DNA of 64,000 nucleotides from an uncultured Gammaproteobacteria bacterium (GTDB lineage Bacteria; Pseudomonadota; Gammaproteobacteria; UBA6002): NCBI GenBank assembly GCA_963817645.1, contig CAWFQC010000014.1, positions 77,228 to 141,227 of the forward strand, read 5' to 3'. Shown piece by piece: positions 30,948 to 40,312 of this stretch (position 1 is its first letter; each line of letters starts with the position of its first letter). The notes under the pieces were generated by a model. It saw only the letters and a program-made list of their open reading frames with translations, ran no database searches and was not told where the DNA came from. The position numbers and the translations under genes were made by a program.

Positions 30948-32107
30948 TTCCTGTGCGTAAGAAAAAATCTAGGCTACAACTAGATCCCTGGATTATAGCA
31001 TCAAGCTTATCCATTATTACTCTTGGCCTCTTGATGGTGACATCAGCTTCCATGGTGGTTTCAGAAAGATTATTCAATTTTCCCTTTCACTTCCTGTTTC
31101 ATCAATGCGCTTATCTGTCTTTGGGTATTTTCTTTGGGCTATTTGCTTTTCGTTTGAATTTAAATCAATGGCAGATTATTGGAACTTATCTTTTTATCGC
31201 CTGCCTATTGTTGCTTATATTAGTACTGATTCCAGGCATAGGTCATAGGGTTAATGGCAGCACTCGATGGTTAGGTTTTGGACTGTTGACAGTGCAAGTC
31301 TCAGAGTTAGCAAAATTCAGCGTTATTTTATATTTAGCTGGATATTTAATACGTCGACAGGAAGAAATACAGGCAAACTTTTCTGGCTTTTTAAAACCAA
31401 TGCTCCTGCTCTCGATTATTTCTTTTTTATTGCTATTAGAACCAGATTTTGGGGCAACAACCGTTATTCTGGGCACATCCCTTGGCATGATGTTTTTAGC
31501 TAGAGTTCGTCTTTGGCAGTTTATGTTTCTTTTTTCAGTGGTTGTAGGATCATTAATTTTTTTAGCTCTTTCATCTCCATACCGTCTTGAGCGTATTACT
31601 ACTTTTTTGCACCCATGGGAAAATCCATTTGATAGTGGATACCAATTGACTCAATCACTTATTGCCTTTGGAAGAGGAGGCTTTTGGGGGGTAGGTCTTG
31701 GCAATAGCATTCAAAAATTATTTTACTTGCCAGAGGCCCAAACTGACTTCCTATTTGCAGTTCTTGCGGAAGAATTAGGTTTTATAGGTGAGTGTGTGGT
31801 CATTATTCTTTTCATGGTACTGGTAGGTCGGTCATTATTTGTAGCCAAACAGGCCTACCTGCTTAAGAAATTTTTTGAAAGCTACGTTGCCTTTGGCTTT
31901 GCTTTGTGGTTAGGCATTCAGGCCATGATCAATATGGGTGTTAATTTGGGCTTATTGCCAACGAAAGGTCTGACATTGCCTCTTATGAGCTATGGGGGGA
32001 ACAGTTTATTAGTCAATTGCGTAGTTATTGGTATTTTGCTAAGAATTAGTCATGATTGTTATTCTAATAGCCCAAATCAGATAAAAAAAACATCGCATTT
32101 CCTATAA
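30944..32107 (+). CDS. ftsW: Peptidoglycan glycosyltransferase / lipid II flippase FtsW (SEDS)
   Basis: Polytopic SEDS protein with SELAKF, LEPDFGAT, PEAQTDFLFAVLAEELGF and LPTKGLTLPLMSYGG. Confidence 0.9.
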   Translation: MIPVRKKKSRLQLDPWIIASSLSIITLGLLMVTSASMVVSERLFNFPFHFLFHQCAYLSLGIFFGLFAFRLNLNQWQIIGTYLFIACLLLLILVLIPGIGHRVNGSTRWLGFGLLTVQVSELAKFSVILYLAGYLIRRQEEIQANFSGFLKPMLLLSIISFLLLLEPDFGATTVILGTSLGMMFLARVRLWQFMFLFSVVVGSLIFLALSSPYRLERITTFLHPWENPFDSGYQLTQSLIAFGRGGFWGVGLGNSIQKLFYLPEAQTDFLFAVLAEELGFIGECVVIILFMVLVGRSLFVAKQAYLLKKFFESYVAFGFALWLGIQAMINMGVNLGLLPTKGLTLPLMSYGGNSLLVNCVVIGILLRISHDCYSNSPNQIKKTSHFL

Positions 32108-32190
32108 CATTATACTTTTACAAAAGACTAAATAGTGACTCAATTTCTACTATAAATATAAAATTAAGAAAAATGATTGGAGAATTATTC

Positions 32191-33606
32191 ATGAATTTTA
32201 ATCCTAACAACATGGATAAGATTAAACATATACATTTTGTTGGAATCGGGGGAGCAGGGATGGGTGGCATCGCTGAGGTGATGGTCAATCAAGGTTACCA
32301 TGTCTCAGGGTCTGACTTGAGTGAGAATGCAGTGACAACGCATCTTAAAAACTTAGGCGTGAATATTATGAAAGGCCATGCGCCGGATAATATCAACGCA
32401 TCAGACTTGATAGTCCTATCCAGTGCTATCTCAGAAGATAATCCTGAGTTAATTGCCGCAAAAAAATATCAGATTCCGGTGATTCCAAGAGCAAAGATGT
32501 TAGCTGTTTTAATGCAAACAAAGTATGGTATTGCTATTTCCGGGACTCATGGGAAAACAACAACCACAAGCCTTGTTGCCAGTGTATTAGCACAAGCTAA
32601 ACTCCACCCTACTTTTGTCATTGGCGGTCTTTTAAAAAGTGTTGGGACGAATGCGCAGCTTGGTACAGGTGATTATTTTGTCGCAGAAGCAGATGAAAGT
32701 GATGCCTCATTCTTGTATTTAAAACCAAAGATTGCAGTTATCACAAATATCGATGCCGATCATCTTGATACTTATAATGGAAGTTTGGAAGTGTTAAGAA
32801 GCTCATTCCTAGAATTTGTCTCAGAGGTACCTGATGACGGGTTGGTGGTGCTTTGTGCTGATGATCCTGGTGCTCATAGCTTACTTTCTGAAATCAACAA
32901 GCCTTTTGTTACTTATGGTTTTAATTCTGAGGCTGATATCCAAGTGACTTTATTTCGGCAACAAGGGTTACATAGCCATTTCCAAGTAATATCTAAAGTT
33001 GATGACGCTAAAATTGATATCATCCTAAATCTTGCTGGCAAGCACAATGTATTAAATGCTTTGGCAGCATTGGCAGTAGCTAAGAAGTTGGGGGTAGGCA
33101 ATGAGGATATCCAACAAGCATTTAAAAGTTTTATGGGTATTGGACGTCGCTTTCAAATATATGGAGAAATAGAGTTTCCAACAGGCAAAGTTTTGCTCAT
33201 TGATGATTATGGGCATCATCCAAGAGAGATTGCTGTTACCTTAGATGCTATAAAACTGGTTTGGCCAAAACGTCGTTTGGTGATGGCTTATCAACCTCAT
33301 CGCTATACTCGAACACATGCCCTAATGGGAGATTTTGCGACCATTTTATCCCAGCCAGATGTGCTCTTACTTCTTGAAGTCTATTCAGCCGGTGAACAGC
33401 CTATTCCAGGTGCTGATGGGCAATCCCTTTGTCATGCTATCTCCAATGTAGCTAAAGCCTCACCTATTTTTATTTCTCATATAGAGCTTCTACCTGATGC
33501 TATAAAAAATATCCTGCAAAATGATGACATTCTTTTGCTCCAAGGTGCAGGTAGCATTGGGTCAATGGCAATGAAAATAGCAACCAGGCAAGAGGAATTT
33601 GCATGA
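32191..33606 (+). CDS. murC: UDP-N-acetylmuramate--L-alanine ligase
   Basis: HIHFVGIGGAGMGGIAEV, ISGTHGKTTT, DDYGHHP. The ATG at 32191 is preferred; the alternative is 32173. It follows ftsW directly with no murG between them. Confidence 0.95.
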   Translation: MNFNPNNMDKIKHIHFVGIGGAGMGGIAEVMVNQGYHVSGSDLSENAVTTHLKNLGVNIMKGHAPDNINASDLIVLSSAISEDNPELIAAKKYQIPVIPRAKMLAVLMQTKYGIAISGTHGKTTTTSLVASVLAQAKLHPTFVIGGLLKSVGTNAQLGTGDYFVAEADESDASFLYLKPKIAVITNIDADHLDTYNGSLEVLRSSFLEFVSEVPDDGLVVLCADDPGAHSLLSEINKPFVTYGFNSEADIQVTLFRQQGLHSHFQVISKVDDAKIDIILNLAGKHNVLNALAALAVAKKLGVGNEDIQQAFKSFMGIGRRFQIYGEIEFPTGKVLLIDDYGHHPREIAVTLDAIKLVWPKRRLVMAYQPHRYTRTHALMGDFATILSQPDVLLLLEVYSAGEQPIPGADGQSLCHAISNVAKASPIFISHIELLPDAIKNILQNDDILLLQGAGSIGSMAMKIATRQEEFA

Positions 33607-34511
33607 TAAAAATCGAAACAAAAAAGAAGGCCCTGCGGGGAGAAGTGAGAGAATACGAACCCCTAGCCCGTTATACCTCATGGCGTGTGGGGGGTGCCGC
33701 GAGACGTTTTTATAAACCGGCAGATATAGAAGATTTAGCTGTATTTTTACAGTCATTATCCGAAAATGAAGAAGTATTCTGGTTGGGACTAGGTAGTAAC
33801 GTTTTAATTCGAGATGGCGGGATACCAGGTACCGTTATTTTTACTTTAGGGTGTTTGAACAAGGTTGATTTACAAGATAATACTCAAGTTAGGGCGGAAG
33901 CGGGTGTCACCTGTGCAAAACTGGCAAAATTTTGTGCTAAAAATGGTTTAGCTAAAAGCTCTTTTTTTGCTGGCATTCCCGGTACAGTGGGTGGTGCCTT
34001 GATGATGAATGCAGGTGCATTTGGTGGCGTTACTTGGGAGCATGTTGTTGCTGTGGAAACCATGGACAGGCATGGAAGGCATCGCCTGCATTTACCGGAA
34101 GACTTTGAAATTCATTACCGTGAGGTAAAGGCGCCTCTAGGTGAATGGTTTGTTGCAGGACATTTTGCTTTCCCTTCAGGAGAAACAACGGCATTGCAAA
34201 CGGAAATTAAAGAATTATTGAGTAAACGTTCTGATCAACAACCTATTGGGGTGTTAACCTGTGGCTCTGTATTCCGTAATCCACCAGGTGACCATGCTGG
34301 AAGATTAATTGAAAAAAGCGGTTTGAAGGGAACACGTATTGGTGGAGCATGGATCAGTGATAAACATGCCAATTTTATTGTCAATGGAGGAAAGGCAACG
34401 GCTGACAATATTGAAAGCCTGATCAACTTAGTCGCTGAAAAAGTTGACTTAACTCAAAAGGTAAGACTAATTCCAGAAGTGCATATTATAGGGGAGAGAA
34501 ATTTATTATGA
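33603..34511 (+). CDS. murB: UDP-N-acetylenolpyruvoylglucosamine reductase
   Basis: LARYTSWRVGGAA, LGLGSNVL, GIPGTVGGALMMNAGAFG, GSVFRNP. Confidence 0.95.
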   Translation: MIKIETKKKALRGEVREYEPLARYTSWRVGGAARRFYKPADIEDLAVFLQSLSENEEVFWLGLGSNVLIRDGGIPGTVIFTLGCLNKVDLQDNTQVRAEAGVTCAKLAKFCAKNGLAKSSFFAGIPGTVGGALMMNAGAFGGVTWEHVVAVETMDRHGRHRLHLPEDFEIHYREVKAPLGEWFVAGHFAFPSGETTALQTEIKELLSKRSDQQPIGVLTCGSVFRNPPGDHAGRLIEKSGLKGTRIGGAWISDKHANFIVNGGKATADNIESLINLVAEKVDLTQKVRLIPEVHIIGERNLL

Positions 34512-35464
34512 TGTATAAAGAAAACCCTGAAGAGTTTGGAAAGGTGGTTGTTCTAATGGGTGGTCAATATGGCGAACGAGAGGTTTCATTAAAATCTGGC
34601 AATAATATACTTGCTGCATTACAGCGATCTGGTGTAGATGCCCATGGACTTGATGTGAAAGAGGATGTCATCGAGAAATTAATTGCTATTAAGCCTGACA
34701 GAGCTTTTATCGCTATGCATGGGAGGGGAGGAGAAGATGGTGCCATGCAAGGCTTACTAGAGTATCTGCGTATCCCTTATACAGGCAGTGGGGTAGCTGC
34801 ATCTGCTATTACGATGGATAAAACGCTTACCAAGCTTATTTGGGAAAGGATTGGAATTCCAACACCAATATTTAGAGTTGTCTATGATATTGAAGCTGCC
34901 ATTCAAGTGATGAATGATTTTGGTTTACCTTTGTGTGTTAAGCCTTACAATGATGGTTCCAGCCTTGGTGTTAGCAAAGTCATAACCCCCGAGCAGCTTC
35001 CTGATGCTTTTAAATTAGCATCTGCTCAAACTCCTAAGGTGATGATAGAGCCTTGGATTGATGGCGAAGAGCATACGGTTGGTATTTTAGGAAATAGAGC
35101 CTTACCTGTGGTTGAAATTAAAACGCCTCGTACTTTTTATGATTTTAATGCTAAGTATACTCAGAACACCACCGAATATCTTTGCCCCTGTAATTTACCG
35201 CCTGAAAAAGAGCGCCAATTACAAGATCTTTGTTTGCGTGCTTTTTTCGCAATGGGCTGTAAAGACTGGGGGAGAGTAGATTTAGTTGTTGATAGGCTTG
35301 AAAATTTTTGGTTCTTAGAAATAAATACGGTACCCGGTATGACAGATCATAGTTTAGTGCCGAAAGCGGCTGCTAGATTAGGGATAAGTTTTGATGAACT
35401 AGTGCTTGAAATTTTATCTTACACATTACCTTTAGAATTAAACACTCAGGAAGCTTCTGCATAA
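34508..35464 (+). CDS. ddl: D-alanine--D-alanine ligase
   Basis: VVVLMGGQYGEREVSLKSG, HGRGGEDGAMQGLLE, DGSSLGVSKV, LEINTVPGMT. Confidence 0.95.
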   Translation: MMYKENPEEFGKVVVLMGGQYGEREVSLKSGNNILAALQRSGVDAHGLDVKEDVIEKLIAIKPDRAFIAMHGRGGEDGAMQGLLEYLRIPYTGSGVAASAITMDKTLTKLIWERIGIPTPIFRVVYDIEAAIQVMNDFGLPLCVKPYNDGSSLGVSKVITPEQLPDAFKLASAQTPKVMIEPWIDGEEHTVGILGNRALPVVEIKTPRTFYDFNAKYTQNTTEYLCPCNLPPEKERQLQDLCLRAFFAMGCKDWGRVDLVVDRLENFWFLEINTVPGMTDHSLVPKAAARLGISFDELVLEILSYTLPLELNTQEASA

Positions 35465-35475
35465 TTGAAGGACAA

Positions 35476-36213
35476 ATGAAAGCCAAAAAAAAATCAGCAA
35501 GCATTAAGAGAAACTCATATTTTTTTAAATTATTCCGTTGGATATTTTTTTTGACCCTATTGCTTTTACTTTATGAAACGGTAATAAAGTATGTGGAACC
35601 AAAAATGTTTCCTGTTCGACATATTATCTTAAATGGATCAGGCAAACATATTAAAATGTCTGCCATTAAGCATCAAATTGGTCATCATGTTAAGGGCTTT
35701 TTTTCAACGAATATGGTCAAACTGAAGGAAGATGTTTTGAGAGTGCCTTTGGTAGAGGAGGTTGTTGTTAAGAGAATTTGGCCCGATACTTTGCAAATTC
35801 TAATTAATGAGCAGCAACTGGTTGCTCTTTGGGGAGAAATAAAAGGATGGGCTGTGAGCAGAAAGGGCAAAGTGGTTCAGGTTCAAGAATATGATAATAA
35901 ACACTTACCAAAGTTTATTGGCCCAGAGGGTCAAGAGACAAATATGCTAGCACAATACATGGAAATTACCAAAATGCTGCAACCTTTACATTTATCAATT
36001 GTAGCGATGAATTTAAACTCCAGACATTCTTGGGTAATCACATTAGATAATGGAATGAAAATTATTCTGGGAAGAAAAGATATTTCGCAGCGTCTATTAG
36101 CTTTAACAACCATTTGGCCGAAATTAACAAAGCGCCATGGCGATTTGATTTCAGCAATAGACCTAAGACACCCTAATGGAGTTTCAGTGCATCTAGGAAC
36201 TTCCATGAAATAA
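35476..36213 (+). CDS. ftsQ: Cell division protein FtsQ
   Basis: Bitopic protein with a TM segment (FRWIFFLTLLLLLY) followed by a POTRA-like region (FPVRHIILNG...IWPDTLQILINEQ). Positioned between ddl and ftsA. Confidence 0.85.
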   Translation: MKAKKKSASIKRNSYFFKLFRWIFFLTLLLLLYETVIKYVEPKMFPVRHIILNGSGKHIKMSAIKHQIGHHVKGFFSTNMVKLKEDVLRVPLVEEVVVKRIWPDTLQILINEQQLVALWGEIKGWAVSRKGKVVQVQEYDNKHLPKFIGPEGQETNMLAQYMEITKMLQPLHLSIVAMNLNSRHSWVITLDNGMKIILGRKDISQRLLALTTIWPKLTKRHGDLISAIDLRHPNGVSVHLGTSMK

Positions 36214-36332
36214 CGAGTTATTACTCAAATTTCTTATATTTTGATAGAGCTTTTTGCTTCTCTAGCATATACTTTTGCCAAAATGGGTGTAGTAAGTTGA
36301 TAGAGTGACGGATTGTTGGAGCAGGTCAAATC

Positions 36333-37568
36333 ATGGTCAAAAAAATGGATAAAAATTTAATAGTAGGACTTGATATTGGAACTACAAAGGTTGCAGTTTT
36401 AGTTGGAGAGGTTGCTTCTGATGGTCTTATAGAGATTATTGGAATAGGTACCCAGCCTTCAAGGGGATTAAAGCGTGGTGTCGTAGTTAATATTGAGCAA
36501 ACCGTACAATCAACTCAACGAGCAATTGAAGAAGCCGAGCTTATGGCAGGTTGTGAAATCCACAGTGCATATATTGGTATTGCCGGGAGTCATATTCGAA
36601 GTATTAATTCTCATGGCATTGTGGCTATCCGCGATAGTGAGGTGGGGGCGCCAGATGTCGATAGAGTTATTGATGCAGCAAAAGCAGTTGCTATTCCTGC
36701 AGACCAAAAAATACTTCATATACTTCCCCAAGAATTCATTATTGATAACCAAGAAGGAATTCGTGAACCAGTAGGTATGTCAGGAGTTCGCCTGGAAGCA
36801 AAAGTCCATATAGTCACCGGTGCGGTAAGTGCAGCCCAAAATATTATTAAATGTGTGCAACGTTGTGGTCTTGAAGTAGGCGATCTCATTCTTCAACAAC
36901 TGGCTTCTAGCCACTCGGTTTTTACAGATGATGAGAAAGAATTGGGTGCCTGTATAATTGATATCGGTGGGGGGACTACGGATATTGCTATCTTTACCGA
37001 AGGGGCTATACGCTATACTGCTGTAATTCCCATTGCTGGCGATCAAGTCACTAATGATATCGCTGTTGCTCTTCGCACACCTACCAATAACGCGGAAGAA
37101 ATTAAAATAAAACACTCAAGTGCTATTATGCAATTAATATCCTCTGAAGAAACCATTGAAGTTCCAAGTGTTGCTAGACGACCTTCTCGATTGCTTTCGA
37201 AAAGAGCCTTAGCGGCTGTAGTTGGGGCTCGTTACGAGGAGCTGTTTGCACTGGTCCAAGCTGAGATCAAGCGTAGTGGTTATGAAGAGCTGATCGCTTC
37301 TGGCATAGTTTTAACAGGAGGGGCCTCAAGAGTGGATGGTGTAATCGAACTTGCTGAGTCTGTTTTCCAAATGCCTGTTAGATTAGGCTTGCCTCAGCAT
37401 GTTCGTGGCTTAAAGGATGTCCTTCAAAATCCTATCTACTCAACAGGCGTTGGTTTGCTGCTTTATGGTTTGCAGCAACGTTTAGATGGCAAACAAGATA
37501 TGGTAGGAATTAATGGTGTTAAGGGGCTTTGGTCAAAAATGAGAAGTTGGTTTCAAGGTAATTTTTAG
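36333..37568 (+). CDS. ftsA: Cell division protein FtsA
   Basis: LIVGLDIGTTKVAVLVGE, IDIGGGTTDIAIF, LTGGAS (actin/Hsp70 fold motifs). The alternative start is ATG at 36345. Confidence 0.95.
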   Translation: MVKKMDKNLIVGLDIGTTKVAVLVGEVASDGLIEIIGIGTQPSRGLKRGVVVNIEQTVQSTQRAIEEAELMAGCEIHSAYIGIAGSHIRSINSHGIVAIRDSEVGAPDVDRVIDAAKAVAIPADQKILHILPQEFIIDNQEGIREPVGMSGVRLEAKVHIVTGAVSAAQNIIKCVQRCGLEVGDLILQQLASSHSVFTDDEKELGACIIDIGGGTTDIAIFTEGAIRYTAVIPIAGDQVTNDIAVALRTPTNNAEEIKIKHSSAIMQLISSEETIEVPSVARRPSRLLSKRALAAVVGARYEELFALVQAEIKRSGYEELIASGIVLTGGASRVDGVIELAESVFQMPVRLGLPQHVRGLKDVLQNPIYSTGVGLLLYGLQQRLDGKQDMVGINGVKGLWSKMRSWFQGNF

Positions 37569-37591
37569 AATGTATTTAAGGAGTTAGGGTA

Positions 37592-38749
37592 ATGTTTGAA
37601 CTAACAGAAAGTTCTCCACATAATGCAGTTATTAAAGTTTTTGGCATTGGTGGCGGTGGTTGCAACGCAGTTGAATATATGATACAGGAGAACGTTGAAG
37701 GTGTTGAGTTTGTAGGTGCCAATACTGATGCGCAAGCACTGCAAAAGTCAAATGCACCTGTGTTGTTACAACTAGGTGAAGATTTAACCAAAGGACTAGG
37801 GGCAGGCGCTGATCCTGAGATAGGGCGTAAAGCAGCAGAAGAGAATAGGGATCGAATTAGAGAGGTGTTGGAAGGCTCTGACATGATTTTTATTACGGCT
37901 GGAATGGGCGGTGGGACAGGTACAGGCGCAGCACCTGTTTTCGCTCAGATTGCTAAAGAATTGGGCATTTTAACTGTAGCCGTAGTCACTAAGCCTTTTA
38001 TCTTTGAGGGAAAGAAGCGAATGCAAGTTGCAGAACATGGCATTCGAGATTTAGCAAAGAGTGTAGATTCTTTAATTACTATTCCTAATAACAAGTTGTT
38101 GAGTGTATTAGGCAAGAATATTACCCTGCTTAATGCCTTCCGTGCTGTTAATAATGTACTTCTTGGTGCAGTCCAAGGAATAGCTGATCTCATAACTCGC
38201 CCTGGCCTAATTAATGTGGATTTTGCAGACGTTCGAACCGTGATGTCTGAAATGGGTATGGCAATGATGGGCACAGGTGTTAGCATTGGAGATAATCGGG
38301 CAACTGAGGCAGCTCAAGCAGCTATCTCAAGTCCCTTACTTGAAGATATTGATTTATCAGGCGCAAGAGGTGTCTTGGTCAATATTACAGCAGGTATGGA
38401 TATGTCAATTGGTGAATTTGAGGCTGTAGGTGAAGTTGTAAAATCATTTACTTCTGAGAATGCAACAGTTGTGGTGGGCACTGTCATCGATCCTGAAATG
38501 TCAGATGAGTTACGAGTTACTGTTGTGGCGACAGGTTTAGGTCGTCGTGAAGAGGAGGGTGGTGTTGTCGGTGTTCACCACTTAAAGATTTTAGAAAGCA
38601 CTAAACAGGATGGGACAGTTGATTACCACCATTTAGAGCGACCTACTGTGATACGTAATCAAGCGGCAAAGCCCGCGGCAGATATCATAGCTAATAAAGA
38701 CATAGACTATTTGGATATTCCTGCCTTCCTGCGTCGTCAAGAGGATTAA
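37592..38749 (+). CDS. ftsZ: Cell division GTPase FtsZ
   Basis: [14 protein letters not shown], tubulin signature [17 protein letters not shown], and the C-terminal peptide [12 protein letters not shown]. Confidence 0.97.
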   Translation: MFELTESSPHNAVIKVFGIGGGGCNAVEYMIQENVEGVEFVGANTDAQALQKSNAPVLLQLGEDLTKGLGAGADPEIGRKAAEENRDRIREVLEGSDMIFITAGMGGGTGTGAAPVFAQIAKELGILTVAVVTKPFIFEGKKRMQVAEHGIRDLAKSVDSLITIPNNKLLSVLGKNITLLNAFRAVNNVLLGAVQGIADLITRPGLINVDFADVRTVMSEMGMAMMGTGVSIGDNRATEAAQAAISSPLLEDIDLSGARGVLVNITAGMDMSIGEFEAVGEVVKSFTSENATVVVGTVIDPEMSDELRVTVVATGLGRREEEGGVVGVHHLKILESTKQDGTVDYHHLERPTVIRNQAAKPAADIIANKDIDYLDIPAFLRRQED

Positions 38750-38791
38750 ACTGTAATCTTCCAGTTAAATAGATATTTATGGAATCAATGA

Positions 38792-39715
38792 ATGGTTAAT
38801 CAGACCACTGTTAAAAATGAAATGAGTGCTACTGGCACAGGCTTACATACAGGCAAGAAGGTGTTGCTTAAGATTTGTCCGGCTCCCCCTGATACGGGTA
38901 TTTGTTTTCGCCGTGTTGATAGAAGCCCTGTTATCGAAATACCTGCGTTAGTCAAAAATGTAGGTAACACCATGCTTAATACCTGTCTGGTTAAGAAAGA
39001 TATTAGAGTATTGACAATAGAACATCTTTTGTCGGCATTTGCTGGATTAGGTATTGATAACGCACATGTAGATCTTAACGCCCAAGAAGTACCTATTATG
39101 GATGGCAGTGCAGGACCCTTCGTTTTTTTGATTCAGTCGGCAGGAATTAGGGAACAGAATGCTCTCAAAAAATTTATACGTATCAAGCGAAAGGTGGAAG
39201 TACGCGAGGGGAATAAAATTGCTTCAGTTTCACCTTACCATGGTTTTCGAGTAACCCTGACCATCGATTTTGACCATCCAGTCATCAGAAGCAGCAACCA
39301 AACGGCTACACTGGATTTTTCTACTTCCTCTTATATTAAAGAAGTCAGCCGTGCCCGTACTTTTGGTTTCTTACGTGAGATAGAAGACCTACATAAAAAA
39401 GATTTAGCCTTAGGTGGTAGCCTCGATAATGCAATAGTCTTAGATGAGTTTCGTATTTTGAATGAAGATGGCCTTAGATTCGAGGATGAATTTGTAAAGC
39501 ATAAGTTGTTAGATGCCGTTGGCGATTTATACCAATTAGGTCACAGTATGATAGGCGAGTTTCAAGGCTATAAATGTGGTCATCAATTAAATAATCAACT
39601 ATTGCAAGCTTTGTTAGAAGATGAAAATGCTTGGGAAATAATTACTTTTGCTGATAAAAAGAAACTGCCAATTACATTTCCTACCTTTGACGAGAACGTT
39701 TTTGTGGGTGCATAA
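38792..39715 (+). CDS. lpxC: UDP-3-O-acyl-N-acetylglucosamine deacetylase
   Basis: [51 protein letters not shown]. Confidence 0.95.
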   Translation: MVNQTTVKNEMSATGTGLHTGKKVLLKICPAPPDTGICFRRVDRSPVIEIPALVKNVGNTMLNTCLVKKDIRVLTIEHLLSAFAGLGIDNAHVDLNAQEVPIMDGSAGPFVFLIQSAGIREQNALKKFIRIKRKVEVREGNKIASVSPYHGFRVTLTIDFDHPVIRSSNQTATLDFSTSSYIKEVSRARTFGFLREIEDLHKKDLALGGSLDNAIVLDEFRILNEDGLRFEDEFVKHKLLDAVGDLYQLGHSMIGEFQGYKCGHQLNNQLLQALLEDENAWEIITFADKKKLPITFPTFDENVFVGA

Positions 39716-39717
39716 TT

Positions 39718-40176
39718 TTAGGAATGTGGCTCATCCTCATTCTCATCCTGGTTAAAACTTTTGGCTAAATTTAAAAGAGAATTTTTTAAATTTTGGTTTG
39801 AAATACTTTTTGCAGTTTTCTCTAATATCATTTTTGTGGCTGGCGAGAAACAAAAACTACTTTTTGCTGATTCGCTATGCGCTGTTGGTAAATATATAAC
39901 TTTGCATTGAATTTTCTTAAGAGTTTTAAAATTTTCATTAGCTTGTAACTCTTTGGTCAGATCTGGGATAAGATAGCGAATACGTGTTGCTAATGCAGCA
40001 TGGGGCACTGATAATGTCAATAATCCATTTTCAAAATTGGCTACTTTACACTGTAAGGCCCATTCATCTTTTAATATGGTTGGCCAAATCTCATTAAGCC
40101 TTTCAATTTCATGCGCTTTATCGACGAAAGGTTTTAATGTCTGTGTAGTTAGGAGCTCTAAGAGTGTTTTCATCAA
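39718..40176 (-). CDS. DUF721 / DciA-like protein
   Basis: LNEIWPTILKDEWALQCKVANFENGLLTLSVPHAALATRIRYLIPDLTKEL fits the DUF721 pattern (W..i.g...a......l..g.L.v.v.s.a.a..l). It lies in the lpxC-secA gap, where such a gene occurs in other gammaproteobacteria. Confidence 0.6.
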   Translation of the reverse strand: MMKTLLELLTTQTLKPFVDKAHEIERLNEIWPTILKDEWALQCKVANFENGLLTLSVPHAALATRIRYLIPDLTKELQANENFKTLKKIQCKVIYLPTAHSESAKSSFCFSPATKMILEKTAKSISNQNLKNSLLNLAKSFNQDENEDEPHS

Positions 40177-40312
40177 ACTTCATTGAAATTTAGAAATTAG
40201 ACAATATCTATAATTAAAGAGTGTAGCATGCCTTAAAGATTAGGTGGTATAAATATAGCTTATCCGTTATGCTATAGAAATTTTTTTCTTAAATCAAAAT
40301 TAAAGAGAAACT

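Noticed and set aside
23124-38286. Numerous 60-113-aa antisense or alternative-frame ORFs within dcw genes (for example 25999..26286, 31243..31503, 36493..37115, 37576..37884, 37945..38286)
   Set aside because: Each is embedded in a strongly supported conserved gene. None has recognisable motifs or an RBS.
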